Source: Gemmatimonadales bacterium (GTDB lineage: Bacteria > Gemmatimonadota > Gemmatimonadetes > Gemmatimonadales > GWC2-71-9). From it: DNA of 64,000 nt. The stretch is taken from contig JBFGJG010000008.1 in NCBI GenBank assembly GCA_041577295.1, positions 1 to 64,000 on the forward strand, written 5' to 3'. Made by a program: the position numbers and the translations under genes. The notes below the pieces were generated by a model that saw nothing but the letters and a program-made list of their open reading frames with translations, had not been told where the DNA came from and made no database searches. Below, piece by piece: positions 62,995-64,000 of this stretch (position 1 is its first letter; each line of letters starts with the position of its first letter).

Positions 62995-63804
62995 TCAGTC
63001 GATCTCCAGCTCAAAGTCGTCGTCGTCCAGCTCGAACTCGACCACCTCCGACTGAAGCGCCGACAGATCGATCACGTCACTCCCCTGCCTGAACCACGAG
63101 TCGAGACGAAGATCAACCATGACGGTCACCGCATTTCCGTCGGCGATCTGAATCGGTGTGTCCGGCTCGAGCTCTACTTCGATCTCAGCGCGGAAAAACG
63201 TCGTAAAGTTCACGGGTGTTCCCAGATTCCCGTCTTGATCCTTTGGTGTAAAGGTGCCGACGACGGCCATGCTCGCCTCGGCCGGCCATGTTGGAAACCC
63301 TTCATTGTCCCGAATCTGTTGCAGCAAAGCTTGGATGATCTGTGCGTCAGCCAGGTCATCCGGATCGTCGTCGTCTACTTCGAGCTCGTCGATCTCGACC
63401 TCGAGTTCTTCGTACATGCCTTCGGGAACGTCCCGATTGAGCACGGTCACGTCGGATCCGTCCACCGGGATATCAATGAAGAAGTAGCGAATCTCGAAGT
63501 CCTCGCAGCCAGCGGGCTCCGGATCGACGTCGTCACAGTCCGTCACTTCCACCGGCTCGAGCTCAAACTCCTCGACAATCACGGCGATGCGGGTGATATC
63601 GAGTATTCCGTTATCACCCTCCACCATCAGACCCTGACGTGCTCCACCAACCGAGGTGGACGACAGCAGGTTGCTGCCCGGGCTGGCACCAACATTTCCA
63701 GCCACGCCAAAACGGATGCTCACGTTACCCGCCGGACCGGTATTCTCGCCGCAGCCCGCGAGGGCTACGGCAGCACCCAACGCAAACAAAATTAAAACGC
63801 GCAT
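62995..63804 (-). CDS. Acidic hypothetical lipoprotein
   Basis: LAGC lipobox, GGAGG RBS, beta-rich and very D/E-rich, two further Cys. Confidence 0.8.
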   Translation of the reverse strand: MRVLILFALGAAVALAGCGENTGPAGNVSIRFGVAGNVGASPGSNLLSSTSVGGARQGLMVEGDNGILDITRIAVIVEEFELEPVEVTDCDDVDPEPAGCEDFEIRYFFIDIPVDGSDVTVLNRDVPEGMYEELEVEIDELEVDDDDPDDLADAQIIQALLQQIRDNEGFPTWPAEASMAVVGTFTPKDQDGNLGTPVNFTTFFRAEIEVELEPDTPIQIADGNAVTVMVDLRLDSWFRQGSDVIDLSALQSEVVEFELDDDDFELEID

Positions 63805-64000
63805 GGTTCGCTCCTCCCACCGAAGGGCGCGCTGTACACAATCAATTCTCGTGGTGAACAGAGAGTACGCGTCCGCCAGGAATGTGTCTGTGAGGTGGGT
63901 TACAGGGGACTAGAGTGGGAGGAATGAGTGAGCAGTGCCGAGTGATCTAGTTGCCTCGAATTATCGCACCGGTGGCCTGAAACGAGACACTGCTCCGTTT

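Overview
A GC-rich chromosomal window of about 55 genes. The gene mix (three ADOP-type ABC permeases with a PadR gene, tandem Ser/Thr kinase-TPR receptors, a VPS10/BNR glycosyl hydrolase-like protein, M28 peptidases) suggests Gemmatimonadota; this is an inference. No rRNA, tRNA, CRISPR array, transposase, integrase or phage genes were recognised. Main points: (1) a selenoprotein that the ORF track splits in two (26132-26839, minus). It is iodothyronine-deiodinase-like, reads FGSFT-UGA-PYC, has a bacterial SECIS-type hairpin 17 nt after the UGA, and follows an ACT protein, an MhqO/PcpA-type ring-cleaving dioxygenase and an esterase, suggesting a (halo)aromatic dehalogenation or detoxification module. 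(2) Four dispersed paralogous small TPR domains, three with their own sigma54-like -24/-12 promoter; three of the genes flank that operon. (3) A compact multi-stem RNA leader upstream of a gene with a 'KTGESY' N-terminal domain. (4) Phased GGTAA repeats between a reverse-order NTPase-TPR-BTAD regulator and a DUF5602-like gene. (5) A (D/E)RR-repeat zinc-ribbon protein convergent with a diguanylate cyclase. (6) An 892-aa all-coiled-coil protein, a short Rho, many intergenic hairpins built from 7-9-mer repeats, and several frameshifted genes.
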